Positions 1-8,747 of a stretch of 15,979 nucleotides of DNA are shown here, piece after piece (the stretch's first letter is position 1; every line of letters starts with the position of its first letter). Made by a program: the position numbers and the translations under genes. The DNA comes from Arcobacter sp. (GTDB lineage Bacteria > Campylobacterota > Campylobacteria > Campylobacterales > Arcobacteraceae). The notes beneath the pieces are model-generated. The model searched no databases. It saw only the letters and a program-made list of their open reading frames with translations, and was not told where the DNA came from. Location of the stretch: positions 1 through 15,979 of the forward strand of contig CBFIGT010000049.1 in the NCBI GenBank assembly GCA_965662175.1, in the 5' to 3' direction.

Positions 1-1672
1 CAGCTGCTGCGTAAGCGGCCAGTCCCACAGGTGGGGTATCATCAGCTAATATTCCAAAATAGAATACAAACAGGTGAGCCGCAATTGCTGGAATTAAAAA
101 GCCATTATCTTGAGCCAAGATTAAAATAACAGGGGCTGTTAATGAAGCCATAACTATATAGTTTGCAGTTGTAGGAAGACCCATACCAAGTATTAATGAG
201 ATAATAGCTGCAAGTATAAGAATAATAAAAATATTTCCACCTGATAATGTCTCTATAACTTCAAGTAAAACTTGACCAAGACCTGTTAAAGTAATACTTC
301 CAACTACAATACCAGCTAAAGCAGTTGCAACTGCTATAGGAATCATATTTTTAGCACCACTTATCATACCAGCTAAAATATCAATAAATCCACTTAACAT
401 AACATCTTTTGTGATTTTCTCTTTTGCTAAAAAAGCTTTAAAAGGGTGTTGAACAACCATTAAAAGCATAAGTAGCATAATTGCATTAAAAGCAGCACTA
501 GCGGCACTCTCTCTTAAAACCATAAGAGTATAGAGTAGGAAAAATATTGGTATTAAATAGTGGGCACCACTTAAAAACACTTTTAATTTTGGTGGAAGTT
601 CATCTTTGTTCATACCTTTTAATCCAAGTTTTAAAGCCTCTAAATGAACTATATAAAATAGTGCAAAATATGAAACAAAAGCAGGAATAAAAGCAGCATA
701 AATAACATCTGTATAAGCAAGACCTAAAAACTCAGCAATAATAAAAGCAGCAGCTCCCATAACAGGAGGCATAAGCTGACCATTTGTTGAAGCAGCAACT
801 TCAACAGCACCTGCTTGTTCAGGTCTAAAACCTGTACGCTTCATAAGTGGAATTGTAAAAGTTCCAGTGGTTACCGTATTTGCAATAGAACTACCACTCA
901 TAATACCTGTAAATCCAGAAGCAACAACAGCAGCTTTTGCAGGACCTCCCCTAAATCTTCCAAGTAAGGAAAAGGCTAAATTAATAAAATACTCACCAGC
1001 TCCTGCTTTATCCAATAAAGAACCAAAAAGTACAAATAAAAATACAAATCCAGTTGAAACACCAAGTGGAACACCAAATATTCCCTCAGTAGTTAAAAAC
1101 ATATGACCTGCTAATTTATTTAAACTAGCACCTTTATGAATAATAAGTTCAGGCATATATGGACCTAAAAAGTCATAAGCTAAAAATACAATTCCTATAA
1201 TAGATAAAGCAATTCCTAAAACTCTTCTTCCAGCCTCTAATAAAATAACTATTGCTAAAAAGGCCACAATTATATCCATTTGAATATAATCTCCAGGTCT
1301 TAAAGCTAATTCCCTATAATTTACAGCAATATAAGAAGCACTATATAATCCTAAAAATGCAAAGGTATAACCAAACCATCTAATCTTTGATAGAAAGTAT
1401 GGTTTTTTAATCATAGGATAGATTAAAAATGCTAGAACTAAGGCAAATGATAAGTGAACTGATCTTGATATGGTTGAGTTAAGTGGTTCAACAACAATAT
1501 AGAGTTGAAACATAGACCAAGCAAGTGCAATAGTTGAAATAAGCCAAAACTCATAATGCTCTTTTCCAAATACTCTTTGTGGTTCTAGTTCATTTAAAAG
1601 ATTTTGTGACTCTTTTACTTGTTCATCTTCTAGTTCGTGGAGGGTATGAGGTTTTTCTTTATATATATCCAT
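1..1672 (-). CDS. TRAP transporter fused 4TM/12TM permease (TAXI-associated DctQM-like); 3' end runs off the window
   Basis: Not in the ORF track because there is no stop in the window. Manual translation from ATG 1672 (AAGGA RBS upstream) gives MDIYKEKPHTLHELEDEQ...WLISTIALAWSMFQLY...RSVHLSF; the left edge in the same frame reads AAHLFVFYFGILADDTPPVGLAAYAAA, typical of TRAP fusion permeases. Directly downstream of the TAXI binding protein. Confidence 0.93.
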   Translation of the reverse strand, partial: MDIYKEKPHTLHELEDEQVKESQNLLNELEPQRVFGKEHYEFWLISTIALAWSMFQLYIVVEPLNSTISRSVHLSFALVLAFLIYPMIKKPYFLSKIRWFGYTFAFLGLYSASYIAVNYRELALRPGDYIQMDIIVAFLAIVILLEAGRRVLGIALSIIGIVFLAYDFLGPYMPELIIHKGASLNKLAGHMFLTTEGIFGVPLGVSTGFVFLFVLFGSLLDKAGAGEYFINLAFSLLGRFRGGPAKAAVVASGFTGIMSGSSIANTVTTGTFTIPLMKRTGFRPEQAGAVEVAASTNGQLMPPVMGAAAFIIAEFLGLAYTDVIYAAFIPAFVSYFALFYIVHLEALKLGLKGMNKDELPPKLKVFLSGAHYLIPIFFLLYTLMVLRESAASAAFNAIMLLMLLMVVQHPFKAFLAKEKITKDVMLSGFIDILAGMISGAKNMIPIAVATALAGIVVGSITLTGLGQVLLEVIETLSGGNIFIILILAAIISLILGMGLPTTANYIVMASLTAPVILILAQDNGFLIPAIAAHLFVFYFGILADDTPPVGLAAYAAA

Positions 1673-1745
1673 ATTTTTTCCTTTAAAATGAATAATGCAT
1701 TTTATTAGGTGTTATTTAATTAAATAAATGACAGCTAATAAAATA

Positions 1746-1770
1746 TTTCAAGAGCAAAATGCTCTTGAAA
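1746..1770 (-). terminator. Intercistronic stem-loop after the TAXI gene (partial terminator or mRNA stabiliser)
   Basis: Perfect 11-bp inverted repeat TTTCAAGAGCA-aaa-TGCTCTTGAAA, 6 nt after the TAXI stop; followed by TATTTTATT on the minus strand. Confidence 0.7.
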
Positions 1771-1776
1771 ATAGAT

Positions 1777-2724
1777 TTATTTAATTAAACCAGCTTCTTT
1801 GAAGTATTTTTTTGCACCCTCATGAAGTTCTGCTGATAAACCATCAAGTAATGATTCTTTTGTAATATTTGCATATGCAGGGTGAAGACTTTTAAATGAA
1901 TCAAAGTTTTCTAAGATTTGTTTTACTACTGTATAAACAGCCTCATCACTAACATCTGTACTTGTAACTAAAACAGCTTTTACACCAAAAGTTGGAGTGT
2001 CAGCATCATTTCCTTTATAAATTCCACCTGGAACATTTGCTTGTGCAAAATAAGGGTTTGCTTTTACAAATTTATTGATTACATCACCCTCAATTGGTAC
2101 AATTTTTACATCAACAGAGTTTGAAGCATCTTTGATATTTGCAGTTGGATGTCCAACCATATAAAAGTATCCATCAATTTTGTTATCTCTTAGAGCATCA
2201 GGCATCTCAGAAGCTTTTAAAGCACCTGCAAATGCTAAATCAGTTTTATTAATTCCTAGGGCATCAAACATAGCTAAAGCTGTTGCTTCATTTCCACTTC
2301 CTGGATTTCCTAAGTTGATTCTTTTACCTTTAATATCCATAATATTATTGATACTTGCATCTTTTCTAGAAACTAAAGTAAATAGTTCAGGATAGATTGC
2401 CATAACTGATCTTAGTTTAGGAATTTTATTTCCCTCAAATTTATCAGTTCCATTTGCAGCTTGATAAACAACATCAGACTGAGCAATACCAAAATCAAGT
2501 TCACCATTTTTGATTGTATTAATATTATAAACTGAACCACCTGTTGATTCAACACTACATCTAATACCTGTATCTTTTTTAACTTGATTTACAAGTCTAC
2601 ATACAGCACCACCTGTTGGATAATAAGTACCTGTAACTCCACCTGTTCCTATTGTAATAAACTGTGCTGCAAATGATGGGATTGATAATGCACCAACTAA
2701 TGCTGCTACTGCTATTTTTTTCAT
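1777..2724 (-). CDS. TAXI family TRAP transporter solute-binding protein
   Basis: Signal peptide MKKIAVAALVGALSIPSFA; TAXI motifs ITIGTGGVTGTYYPTGGA, STGGSVYNI, GIAQSD, GNPGSG, LHEGAKKYFKE; GAGGAG RBS. Confidence 0.95.
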   Translation of the reverse strand: MKKIAVAALVGALSIPSFAAQFITIGTGGVTGTYYPTGGAVCRLVNQVKKDTGIRCSVESTGGSVYNINTIKNGELDFGIAQSDVVYQAANGTDKFEGNKIPKLRSVMAIYPELFTLVSRKDASINNIMDIKGKRINLGNPGSGNEATALAMFDALGINKTDLAFAGALKASEMPDALRDNKIDGYFYMVGHPTANIKDASNSVDVKIVPIEGDVINKFVKANPYFAQANVPGGIYKGNDADTPTFGVKAVLVTSTDVSDEAVYTVVKQILENFDSFKSLHPAYANITKESLLDGLSAELHEGAKKYFKEAGLIK

Positions 2725-2755
2725 AATTACTCCTCAAAATTAATATTCGTAAATT

Positions 2756-2789
2756 AGTATAAATAAAAATAATGAATTAAAAATGACTT
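2756..2789 (-). promoter_or_regulatory. Putative TAXI promoter: tandem direct repeat (OmpR/PhoB-type site) plus -10 box
   Basis: Minus strand AAGTCAT-TTTT-AATTCAT (2789-2772, 11-bp period), then 10 nt, then TATACT (2761-2756). Confidence 0.5.
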
Positions 2790-2848
2790 TTTAACCAAAA
2801 AATTTATATTTTATGGATAATATTTATAAAAAAATTATGGGGAAAAAG

Positions 2849-5053
2849 ATGAGAATAGTTATAATTTTCTTATTATTTTTATTATTTTATTCAACAACAC
2901 ACGCTAATACAAAGAAAAATATTCTTATTTTAAACTCTTATCATAAAGGCTTTACAAAAAGTGATGAAATAATCAAAAATATTGAAGAGGTATTTTTTTC
3001 CTATTCCCAAATAAATACAGATATTTTATATATGGATTCAAAACAGATTTATTCAAGGGATTATATAAAAGAGTTAAGTGATTTATATAAAGTCCAACTT
3101 CAAAATAGAAAATATGATTTAATAATTGCAATTGATAGATTTGCTTATCTTTTTGCTGTAAAAAATCATAGTATTATTTTTAAAGGTGAACCAATACTTT
3201 TTGCCGGTCTTGAAAACTACTCAGAAGAGCTAATAAAAATCTACAATCTTGAAACAAAAGTAAATGGTTATATTCAAAAACTTCCCATAGAGGAGAATAT
3301 AAAATTAATAGAAAAAATGATTCCAAAACTAAAAAAACTATATATTCTAAATGATAGAAGTATAAATGGCGATGATAGTAGTTTTTTAATCAGAAAAGAG
3401 ATTCAAAAAGTAAAAAATAAGTATGAAGTTGAATATCTAAGGGATAGTAGTTTAAGTGAGTTTATAGAGTATTTTAGAGAGTTTAGAAAAGATGAAGCAA
3501 TTTTATTTGTAAGATACTCAACAAATCCTGAGGGAAGTTTTTATAAAGATAGTGAAGTTATAACAGCTTTAAACAACTTTCAAAGACCTGTATTTATTTT
3601 AAATAATCTATTTTTAGACAAAGGAGCTCTTGGTGGTAAAATCCAATATGTAGGGGAAACAGGTAAAAAAGTTGGAAAAATGGCAATTAATATTATTTAT
3701 GAAAATGTTTCAACACCAATTTTTGAAAGTAATGAAAACTATAGTTATGTTTTTGATTATAGATTTTTAAATAAGTTTGGATTAAAGGTTCCAAAGGGTT
3801 TAAACAAGGTTGAGATATTAAATCAACCCCAAAACTTTTTTGATAAAAATAGAGAATTAATAAACAATGTTTTTTTAGCAACACCACTTTTAGTTTTAGT
3901 AATATTTGGATTAATAAAAATTTTATATGATAAGCAACAAAATGCAAAAAAACTAAAACAAAGAATAGAGTTTGATAAAATATTATTAAACTCTATTGAT
4001 AGTCCTATTTTTTGGCAAGATAGTAATGGTGTTATCTTAGATGCCAATAAAAAGTTTTGTGAGATGTTAAATCTAACATATGGCCAACTCTTACACAATA
4101 GTTTAAACTACTATTATCATATGAATAAAAAAGTGAAAAAAGTAGTAAATTTTTTAGAAGAGTATGAAAAAAATGAACAAAACTCTCAAATATCAATTTC
4201 AAGTAATGAACAAAAAAATAGAGTATATCTTTTAAATAAAAGAAAATATTTAGACCCAAATACAAATAAGTATGCAACTGTTACTATTTTTACAGATATT
4301 ACAAAAGAGAATGAAATAGAAAAAGAGAGAGTCAAACAGACACAATATTTAATTCAGCAATCAAAGCTAGCTGAAATAGGCGAAATATTCTCTTCAATAG
4401 CACATCAATGGAAATCTCCCCTTGTAGAAATCACAGCACTAGCTCAAGATTTGTTTTATTCCCAAGATAGAAATGAGAAAGAAGAGGATAGTTATCATAT
4501 AAACAATATTATGATTCAAGTTCAATATATGACAAAAACTATAAATGATTTTCAAGATTTTATAATCCCCTCATCCAAAAAAACTGTTTTTGATTTAGAA
4601 AATACCATCAATGATTTATTGGAAATAGTTAAGCATAATATGAAATATAATTATGTAGATATAAGTATAAATACAAACAATAATAGTGCTTTAAAAATAT
4701 ATGGTTATCAAAATGAGTTTATGCAAGCCCTTTTAAATATTATAAATAATGCAAAAGATGCCTTAGTTAAAAATAGTGAAAAAAATAGATTTATAACTAT
4801 AAACATAAAAAGAAAAATGAAACATATTATAATTGATATTATTGATAACGGTCCTGGTATTTCAAAAGATAAAATTGATAAAATCTTTATACAATACTAT
4901 TCAACAAAGAAGAAAGGTCACGGTATTGGACTTTATATGACAAAATTAATTATTGAAGATAAACTAGATGGTAGAATTACTTATGTTAAAAAACATATAG
5001 GTTCTTGTTTTAGAATTATTATAAAGGAGTGTGATGAAAGTTTTAGTTCTTGA
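2849..5053 (+). CDS. Membrane sensor histidine kinase: periplasmic substrate-binding-like domain, TM, PAS, HisKA, HATPase
   Basis: Start taken as ATG 2849 (GGGGA upstream, signal-like MRIVIIFLLFLLFYSTTHA) rather than 2813. KNILILNSYHKGF sensor start, TM FLATPLLVLVIFGLI, PAS (SPIFWQDSNG...ANKKF), H-box IAHQWKSPL, N-box NIINNAKDA, DNGPGI, GHGIGLY. Confidence 0.92.
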   Translation: MRIVIIFLLFLLFYSTTHANTKKNILILNSYHKGFTKSDEIIKNIEEVFFSYSQINTDILYMDSKQIYSRDYIKELSDLYKVQLQNRKYDLIIAIDRFAYLFAVKNHSIIFKGEPILFAGLENYSEELIKIYNLETKVNGYIQKLPIEENIKLIEKMIPKLKKLYILNDRSINGDDSSFLIRKEIQKVKNKYEVEYLRDSSLSEFIEYFREFRKDEAILFVRYSTNPEGSFYKDSEVITALNNFQRPVFILNNLFLDKGALGGKIQYVGETGKKVGKMAINIIYENVSTPIFESNENYSYVFDYRFLNKFGLKVPKGLNKVEILNQPQNFFDKNRELINNVFLATPLLVLVIFGLIKILYDKQQNAKKLKQRIEFDKILLNSIDSPIFWQDSNGVILDANKKFCEMLNLTYGQLLHNSLNYYYHMNKKVKKVVNFLEEYEKNEQNSQISISSNEQKNRVYLLNKRKYLDPNTNKYATVTIFTDITKENEIEKERVKQTQYLIQQSKLAEIGEIFSSIAHQWKSPLVEITALAQDLFYSQDRNEKEEDSYHINNIMIQVQYMTKTINDFQDFIIPSSKKTVFDLENTINDLLEIVKHNMKYNYVDISINTNNNSALKIYGYQNEFMQALLNIINNAKDALVKNSEKNRFITINIKRKMKHIIIDIIDNGPGISKDKIDKIFIQYYSTKKKGHGIGLYMTKLIIEDKLDGRITYVKKHIGSCFRIIIKECDESFSS

Positions 5054-5693
5054 AGATAATAAGGCTTTGGCAAATGTAATTGAAAAGAGTTTAAGTAAAG
5101 AGGGTTATAAAGTAGATGTTTTTGATGATGGAGATGAAGCTTTAGACTCAATCTCAAATGGATATAGTGCTTTTATTTTAGATATAAATGTACCCTCTTT
5201 AGATGGAATAACTGTTTTAAAAAATGTAAGAGATTATAATCAAACAGTACCTGTAATAATTATGAGTTCAAATCATGAGTTAGAAAAGATTAAAGACTCT
5301 TATGAAAAAGGTTGCAATGATTATATAAAAAAGCCATTTTTTATATATGAGTTAATTCAAAAACTAAAAACATTATGTCAAATAAAAGAGAAGTTTATAA
5401 GATTTAGTGAAAACTGTAAATATTGTATTAGTGAAAATATCTTGTATGATAAGGATGAAAAGATAATCCTTCCAAAAAAAGAGATTCTATTTTTGGAACT
5501 ATTTTCTAAAAATATTAAAAGAGTAGTCTCTTATGATGAGCTAGAAGAGTATGTTTGGGAAGGTTCTATTACAAACCTTGATAATATAAGAGCTTTGGTT
5601 AAAAGATTAAGAAAAAGATTACCTGAGAATAGTATAAAAATAGTTTCAGGTATTGGTTATACCTTAGGTGAAAATGTAGCCTATGATAATTAG
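5034..5693 (+). CDS. OmpR/PhoB family response regulator
   Basis: Receiver motifs VLVLED, ILDINVP, DYIKKPF; winged helix (YDELEEYVW...IRALVKRLRKRL...GIGY). AAGGAG RBS favours ATG 5034 over GTG 5031. Overlaps the kinase 3' end. Confidence 0.93.
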   Translation: MKVLVLEDNKALANVIEKSLSKEGYKVDVFDDGDEALDSISNGYSAFILDINVPSLDGITVLKNVRDYNQTVPVIIMSSNHELEKIKDSYEKGCNDYIKKPFFIYELIQKLKTLCQIKEKFIRFSENCKYCISENILYDKDEKIILPKKEILFLELFSKNIKRVVSYDELEEYVWEGSITNLDNIRALVKRLRKRLPENSIKIVSGIGYTLGENVAYDN

Positions 5694-6535
5694 TTCTCTT
5701 TAGCTTTTAAATAGATAAATATTCCTAAAAGAACTACAAAAGTAGATACTACAAGTTTGAAAGTTAAAGCTTCATCTAAAAATAGAACTCCTAAAAATAT
5801 AGCAAGGGGTGGAATTAAGAGTTGTAAAACTCCAGATGTTGCGATTTTCATATTTGGAACTAAGTAGTACCATAAAAGATAACCAATAGCTGAAGTTATT
5901 CCTCCTGATAAAAAGGCTAAAAAAACTCCATAACTTGAGATATTTAAATCATCAACAAAAAAAACAAAAAATAGAGCCAAGTATAAAAGAGATTTTGTAA
6001 AGTTATCTGTTGTATTTAAAGTAGCATTTAAAGAGGATTTTCCAAAAATAGTATAAAAACCCCAAGCTAGACCTGAAATTGCCATTAAAAAGGCATGATA
6101 AATAGAGATTTGAAAATCTTCTGAGGGAAAAAGTAAATATAAAAGTCCTAAAAAAGCAATTATAATACCTAAAGATTTTTTATAAGTTAAGCTCTCTTTT
6201 TTTAATAATGCAAGAGCAATAATAGTAAGTTGCACTACAGCAAATAAAATTAAAGCTCCAAGTCCAGCATCTAAGTTAATATAAGCATATGAAAAACAAA
6301 TAGCATATAAAAAAAGCATAAATGAACTATGCCAATTTTTTCTAAGGGATAAAGAGATTTTTTTTTCTTTAAAATATAAAATCACTAAAAGAGTAAGTGC
6401 TCCAAAGAAAAGCCTAAAAAACGTAAAACTAAAAGCATCAATAGAGTTATTTAAAAGTGCAGCCCTAGCTAATAGTGAGCTAGTTGAGAAGAAAAAAAGT
6501 GTTATAGTTATTAAGATTATTAGCTTTAAATTCAT
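5690..6535 (-). CDS. DMT/EamA family transporter
   Basis: 281 aa, about 10 hydrophobic segments in two repeats; FTFFRLFFGA, GLAWGFYTIFG, GYLLWY, GVLFLDEAL motifs. Convergent 4-bp overlap with the regulator. Confidence 0.88.
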   Translation of the reverse strand: MNLKLIILITITLFFFSTSSLLARAALLNNSIDAFSFTFFRLFFGALTLLVILYFKEKKISLSLRKNWHSSFMLFLYAICFSYAYINLDAGLGALILFAVVQLTIIALALLKKESLTYKKSLGIIIAFLGLLYLLFPSEDFQISIYHAFLMAISGLAWGFYTIFGKSSLNATLNTTDNFTKSLLYLALFFVFFVDDLNISSYGVFLAFLSGGITSAIGYLLWYYLVPNMKIATSGVLQLLIPPLAIFLGVLFLDEALTFKLVVSTFVVLLGIFIYLKAKEN

Positions 6536-6558
6536 AAAGCTAATTGTATCTTATTTTT

Positions 6559-7587
6559 TTATTGAAATTCAGGATTCTTTTTAACATACTCTCTGATTTT
6601 ATCAGTGTGAGCATAAATTCTACCGCTTTTTCTAACAATATCATTTACAATATGATAACCATGATTTAGTGAAGCAGCTATAGAACCACCCGTATTAAAA
6701 GCAATATCTCCAGCCACATATAAACCCTCAACATTTGTCATATAGTGTTCATCATATAGTGGATTTGCCTTTTCATCTAAATGAATATCACATTTTTTTA
6801 GAAAATCAACAGGACTTGTCCCACCAATTGCATATATAATTCTGTCATAAATAGTAAAATATCCATCATTGAAATTTACCTTTGCTTTTCCATGCTCATT
6901 CTCTATGGATTCAATATCTGTAGCAAGTCTTAATCTAAGTTTTTCTTGACCATTATATGATTTTAAGATTTGTTCATTTTCAGGATTTAATCTTGAAAAA
7001 TCTGCTTTTCTATAAACTAAAGTAACAATATTTTTTTCATCTGCAAGTTCATAGGCATATTCAGCAGCACTATTTCCCCCACCTACAATTAAGATTTTTT
7101 CACCCTCACTACAAGAGTCTAAATTAAAATTAACAATAGCCTTTAAAGATGGTGGAATTTTATATGATGGCATATTTGGTTTTCCCATTTTACCAATAGC
7201 AACAATAACTGCCTTTGCTTTGAAACCAGCTGTTCCTGTTGTAATTAAAAATTCATTATGCTCTTCATCTTTGATTATTGATTCAACCTCAGTATTAAAA
7301 AGAGTATCTATCTTATCATAGTCCAAAAGTTTATCAAAGAAGTCCAATGTTGACTCTTTAGTACCATCCATAAATGGAATATTTCCCTCTATTTCAACAC
7401 TTTTACCCTTCCAATCCTTATCAACTCTTTTATTCTCTTTATAAAATTTTCTTATAGTACTAGAGTGATTGTCCGCTTTATCAATAAGTATTATATTTTT
7501 TATACCATGAACCGCTGCTTCAAGGGCTGTAGCAATTCCTCCAGGCCCTCCCCCTATGATTGCTATATCATATTTATCTGTTCTCAT
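6559..7587 (-). CDS. fqrB: Flavodoxin:quinone (NADPH) reductase FqrB-like, thioredoxin-reductase fold flavoprotein
   Basis: GGGPGG FAD motif, GGGNSA NADPH motif, no CxxC. HSSTIRKFYK..KRVDKDWK, AIGKMGKPN, YAIGGTSP and GGSIAASLNHGY match my recollection of Helicobacter/Campylobacter FqrB. Start taken as ATG 7587 (GGAG RBS). Confidence 0.8.
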   Translation of the reverse strand: MRTDKYDIAIIGGGPGGIATALEAAVHGIKNIILIDKADNHSSTIRKFYKENKRVDKDWKGKSVEIEGNIPFMDGTKESTLDFFDKLLDYDKIDTLFNTEVESIIKDEEHNEFLITTGTAGFKAKAVIVAIGKMGKPNMPSYKIPPSLKAIVNFNLDSCSEGEKILIVGGGNSAAEYAYELADEKNIVTLVYRKADFSRLNPENEQILKSYNGQEKLRLRLATDIESIENEHGKAKVNFNDGYFTIYDRIIYAIGGTSPVDFLKKCDIHLDEKANPLYDEHYMTNVEGLYVAGDIAFNTGGSIAASLNHGYHIVNDIVRKSGRIYAHTDKIREYVKKNPEFQ

Positions 7588-7667
7588 ATTTATCTCCACA
7601 ATAATAAGATTTTCTAATAGTGTATTTTACTAAAATGATATTAATATAACATTTGTAAGAATAATTT

Positions 7668-7676
7668 TGATAAAAT
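7668..7676 (+). promoter_or_regulatory. Putative extended -10 promoter for queF
   Basis: TGaTAAAAT 46 nt upstream of the queF ATG. A divergent TAAAAT for fqrB lies at 7629-7624 on the minus strand. Confidence 0.4.
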
Positions 7677-7722
7677 CACGTACTAAATAGAATTAAATTT
7701 TTTTTATAAAAGGTAGAATACA

Positions 7723-8100
7723 ATGAAATATGGTGAAAAAGAGATAGTTGAATTTGATATTAACAAAGAGGAAAATTTTTGGCCAAATGAAAATGACAAA
7801 AATTATGTGATAAATATCGAACTTCCTGAGTTTATGGCAAAGTGTCCAAGAAGTGGATATCCTGATTTTGCAACAATATTTTTGCACTATACTCCAAATA
7901 AAAGAGTAATTGAGCTTAAGGCTTTAAAACTTTATATTAACTCATTTATGATTAGAGAAATTTCTCATGAAAATGTTGCGAATGAGATATTTGATACTCT
8001 TTTTGAAAAATTAGAGCCTAAATGGATGAAAATTGTTGCTGATTTTAAACCAAGAGGTAATGTTCACACTGTTATTGAAATAGACTCAGATAAGATGTAA
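7723..8100 (+). CDS. queF: NADPH-dependent 7-cyano-7-deazaguanine reductase (preQ1 synthase), unimodular type
   Basis: PEFMAKCPRSGYPDFA catalytic Cys/Asp, QueF motif ELKALKLY, SHE, PRGNV. Confidence 0.96.
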   Translation: MKYGEKEIVEFDINKEENFWPNENDKNYVINIELPEFMAKCPRSGYPDFATIFLHYTPNKRVIELKALKLYINSFMIREISHENVANEIFDTLFEKLEPKWMKIVADFKPRGNVHTVIEIDSDKM

Positions 8101-8110
8101 TGAGTAAGCC

Positions 8111-8713
8111 TTGGAGAGATTAGTAACAACCGCACAAGCTGCTGAAATACTTGGCATATCTCTACAAGGTGTACACTATAGAATAAAAAACAATCAACTA
8201 AAATCTATAAAACAATCGGGAAAAACTTATGTTTATGTCTCTGAAAGTGAGTATAAATCCAAAGAAAAGCAAACAAAACCTATTATTGAAGAAGTTGTTA
8301 GTAGTGAAGAGAGAAAATTCTCCTATGAAAAGGTTTTAGAGTCAAAAGATGAACAAATAGATTTACTTAAAAAATCTATAAAATGGATGAGACATCAATA
8401 TCAAGATGAGATAAAAAGATTAGAAAAAAACCAAAAAAGAATAGTTGCTGTTTTTGATTCAGAAATTAAACTTCTGCAAAGTGCTTTTAATGAGATGAAA
8501 AGCGTATATAAACCCAAAGCACTTGAGCAAAAAAAAGAGAAGTTTATCTCTTTATTGGATTTTACAAATCTAATGAAATCTTATAAAAAAAGCGATAAAG
8601 AGATAAAACTTACCATTTTAAGAGGTATAAAAGATGGTGATAAAAGGTTTATTTATGATAAACAAAGAAAAAAAGTATTGATTTTAAATGAAGATTTTTC
8701 AGATTTTCAGTAG
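8111..8713 (+). CDS. Putative DNA-binding protein: N-terminal MerR/excisionase-like HTH, central coiled coil, small C-terminal domain
   Basis: TTG start 10 nt after the queF stop; LVTTAQAAEILGISLQGVHYRIKNNQL HTH; heptad-like KDEQIDLLKKSI...EIKLLQSAFNEMK. Confidence 0.78.
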   Translation: MERLVTTAQAAEILGISLQGVHYRIKNNQLKSIKQSGKTYVYVSESEYKSKEKQTKPIIEEVVSSEERKFSYEKVLESKDEQIDLLKKSIKWMRHQYQDEIKRLEKNQKRIVAVFDSEIKLLQSAFNEMKSVYKPKALEQKKEKFISLLDFTNLMKSYKKSDKEIKLTILRGIKDGDKRFIYDKQRKKVLILNEDFSDFQ

Positions 8714-8722
8714 ATTTTAGGC

Positions 8723-8747
8723 AAAAAAAAGAGTGCTATTAGCACTC
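8723..8747 (-). terminator. Rho-independent terminator of the SRP RNA gene
   Basis: Minus strand GAGTGCT-aat-AGCACTC followed by eight T. Confidence 0.85.

Noticed and set aside
867..1106. 79-aa plus-strand ORF (also 2180-2395)
   Set aside because: Antisense shadows of the TRAP permease and TAXI genes; no RBS or recognisable motifs.
3693..4277. Three short minus-strand ORFs (3693-3947, 3823-4098, 4032-4277)
   Set aside because: Antisense to the well-supported kinase; Phe/Leu/Ile-rich composition is what the reverse of AT-rich codons gives.
7588..7722. preQ1 riboswitch upstream of queF
   Set aside because: No GC-containing P1 stem, conserved loop or correctly placed A-rich tail is visible.
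7693..7887. 64-aa minus-strand ORF
   Set aside because: Antisense to queF.
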